DNA of 32,000 nucleotides from Chlamydiales bacterium (GTDB lineage Bacteria; Chlamydiota; Chlamydiia; Chlamydiales; SM23-39): NCBI GenBank assembly GCA_965261025.1, contig OZ253438.1, positions 390,001 to 422,000 of the forward strand, read 5' to 3'. Shown piece by piece: positions 30,200 to 32,000 of this stretch (position 1 is its first letter; each line of letters starts with the position of its first letter). The notes under the pieces were generated by a model. It saw only the letters and a program-made list of their open reading frames with translations, ran no database searches and was not told where the DNA came from. The position numbers and the translations under genes were made by a program.

Positions 30200-32000
30200 T
30201 TAAACTACAATATTTAAAAGCTTATCTTGTACAAAAATAATTTTCTCTGGTTCTTTCCCCAAAAAGCGGGCTACATTGGGTTCTTTCTTTGCTAAAGAAA
30301 ACACTTCTTCCTGGGTTTTTCCTTTAGCAAGGGAAAGCTTTCCTCGAAATTTGCCGTTGATTTGTATGATGTAAAGCGTTTCTTTTTCTTGTAAAAAGAC
30401 CTCTTCTATAGGAATTAAGGGAACGAAGGTTAAAGATTCTTTATTTCCTAATCTCTCCCACATCTCTTCCGCAATATGAGGCGCAAAAGGATACAGAGTC
30501 TGAACTGCCACGGAAAGGGCCTTTTTGGGGTATTTTTTTAGAGAAGAAAACTCGTTAATAAATTCCATCATATGAGCTATAGCTGTATTAAATTGCATTT
30601 GTTCTATTTCTTCTCTTAGGGTTTTCGCCAAAGAAAAGGCAAGTTTCATTCCCACCTTTTCTTCTTCTTCTATGATCTTCGAAGGATCCAATAGAGCAAA
30701 AAATCGAGTTAGAAACCGGAAACACCCCCCTACAGCATCACTATTCCAAACCTTTTCCTTATTAAAAGGTCCCATAAACATCCCATATAAACGAAGAGAA
30801 TCCGCTCCAAATTCTTCTATCATCTCATCAGGGTTTACCCCGTTTAACTTCGACTTAGACATCTTCTCTATCTGAGAAAATAAAAGAGTTTTTGTCCCCT
30901 TTTCAAAAAAATCTCCTTTTTTTTCTTCTACTTTCTCTATAGGAAGATATTCTCCTGTAGGTTTACGAAAAGATCGAGAAGTAACAATCCCTTGGTTTTT
31001 ATAAGAAGAAAAAGGCTCTTTTGTATGAACTACTCCTATATCGTATAAAACCTTATGCCAAAATCTTGCATAAAGAAGGTGCAAAACGGCATGTTCTAAC
31101 CCTCCGACATAAAGATCTACAGGCATCCAGTAGTTTTCTGCTTTTTGGCTAAAGGGTTCCTCCTCGTTATTTGGATCCAAAAAACGAAGGTAATACCAAC
31201 AAGATCCCGCCCATTGGGGCATGGTATTAGTTTCTCTTTTTGCTTTTTTTTGAGTGAGTGAGTCTGTTATTTCGACCCAACCTTTTACCTTGGCTAAAGG
31301 GCTTTCCCCTGTTTCAGAAGGAGAGTATTCACTAACTTCAGGAGGAAATAAGGGAAGTTCGTCTATTTCTAAAACCCTTTGTGAACCGTCTTCTAAGTGT
31401 AGGACAGGAATAGGCTCTCCCCAGTATCTTTGCCGAGAAAAAAGCCAATCTCTTAGTTTATATTGTATTTTCCTTTTTCCTAGTTTTTCTTTTTCTAAAA
31501 AATGAACTAGCTTCTCTGTCGCCTCTTCTCTATGAAGACCATTTAAAGAAAGCTTTTTAGAATCTGAATTTATAAGTTTGCCTTCTCCACTAAAGCAGAT
31601 TTCTCCTCGAATGAACTTTTCTCGGAGTTCTTTCTTTGAAGGTTCATAAGTAGCAATCAAAGGGAGCTCATACTTTTTAGCAAAAGCAAAATCCCTTTCA
31701 TCATGAGAAGGAACACCCATAACAGCCCCTGTTCCATAATCAGGCAAAATGTAATCCGCTATCCAAATAGGGATCTTTTCTCGATTAATAGGATGGACTG
31801 CATAACTTCCCGTAAAGACTCCCGTTTTTTCCCAATCTACGGCCTGCCTTTTTAGTTCATCTTCAGAAAGGGCTTTCTTTACATATGTCTCTACCTCTTT
31901 TTTTTGCTCTGAACTAGTTATTTTCAAGGTAAGTGGGTGTTCTGGAGACAAACCCAGATAAGTGGCTCCCATTAAGGTATCTATTCTTGTAGTAAAAACT
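30200..32000 (-). CDS. leuS: Leucyl-tRNA synthetase, C-terminal ~600 codons (5' end beyond the window)
   Basis: The frame stays open past the track's ATG to the window edge: VFTTRIDTLMGATYLGLSPEHPL is the LeuS FTTRPDTLfGATy motif. KMSKS is present (EKMSKSKLNG), followed by a C-terminal anticodon-binding domain. Confidence 0.95.
   Translation of the reverse strand, partial: VFTTRIDTLMGATYLGLSPEHPLTLKITSSEQKKEVETYVKKALSEDELKRQAVDWEKTGVFTGSYAVHPINREKIPIWIADYILPDYGTGAVMGVPSHDERDFAFAKKYELPLIATYEPSKKELREKFIRGEICFSGEGKLINSDSKKLSLNGLHREEATEKLVHFLEKEKLGKRKIQYKLRDWLFSRQRYWGEPIPVLHLEDGSQRVLEIDELPLFPPEVSEYSPSETGESPLAKVKGWVEITDSLTQKKAKRETNTMPQWAGSCWYYLRFLDPNNEEEPFSQKAENYWMPVDLYVGGLEHAVLHLLYARFWHKVLYDIGVVHTKEPFSSYKNQGIVTSRSFRKPTGEYLPIEKVEEKKGDFFEKGTKTLLFSQIEKMSKSKLNGVNPDEMIEEFGADSLRLYGMFMGPFNKEKVWNSDAVGGCFRFLTRFFALLDPSKIIEEEEKVGMKLAFSLAKTLREEIEQMQFNTAIAHMMEFINEFSSLKKYPKKALSVAVQTLYPFAPHIAEEMWERLGNKESLTFVPLIPIEEVFLQEKETLYIIQINGKFRGKLSLAKGKTQEEVFSLAKKEPNVARFLGKEPEKIIFVQDKLLNIVV

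Noticed and set aside
1-32000. Search for CRISPR arrays, rRNA, transposases, integrases, IS inverted repeats
   Set aside because: I saw no regularly spaced direct repeats, no rRNA-like conserved blocks, and no ORF with integrase or transposase motifs. The only repeats found are those described in the 24.9-28.6 kb island.

Overview
AT-rich bacterial window, densely coded and mostly on the minus strand. Gene content and order suggest a member of the Chlamydiae (PVC group). The tpiA / xseA-xseB-dxs-nadK block and the waaA(gseA)-leuS adjacency match what I recall of Chlamydia synteny (from memory, unverified). A PVC-type small basic protein gene and an Inc-like bilobed membrane protein point the same way. 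Core genes: nadK, dxs, xseB, xseA, tpiA, secG, lptD-like OMP, HEAT-repeat protein, DUF3604-like protein, CBS/CorC protein, holC, thioesterase, malic enzyme, tpx, HIT, dienelactone hydrolase, GT2 glycosyltransferase, polysaccharide deacetylase, waaA, leuS (partial), plus a partial OMP gene at the left edge. Two adjacent CAU-anticodon tRNA genes sit at 28746-28905. The accessory part is about 24.9-28.75 kb. This 3.8-kb stretch lies between an intact tRNA-Met(CAU) gene and a diverged copy of that tRNA's 3' half, which looks like a decayed tRNA-integrated island with no integrase. It carries an AbrB/MazE-type antitoxin with a PemK/MazF-like toxin broken by an in-frame TAG. It also carries a killer (TIGR02683-like) gene followed by two different HTH antidote paralogs, orphan copies of both antidotes, and an Inc-like membrane protein. 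A segmental duplication with a clear deletion junction is present, and a TGGCC-N-TGGCC motif recurs at module borders. Just outside the island is a eukaryote-like Bmt5/DUF2431 methyltransferase-fold protein. Two sub-60-aa basic protein genes are missing from the ORF track. No CRISPR array, rRNA, transposase or integrase was recognised. All calls come from reading the translations and DNA by eye; no database search was run.
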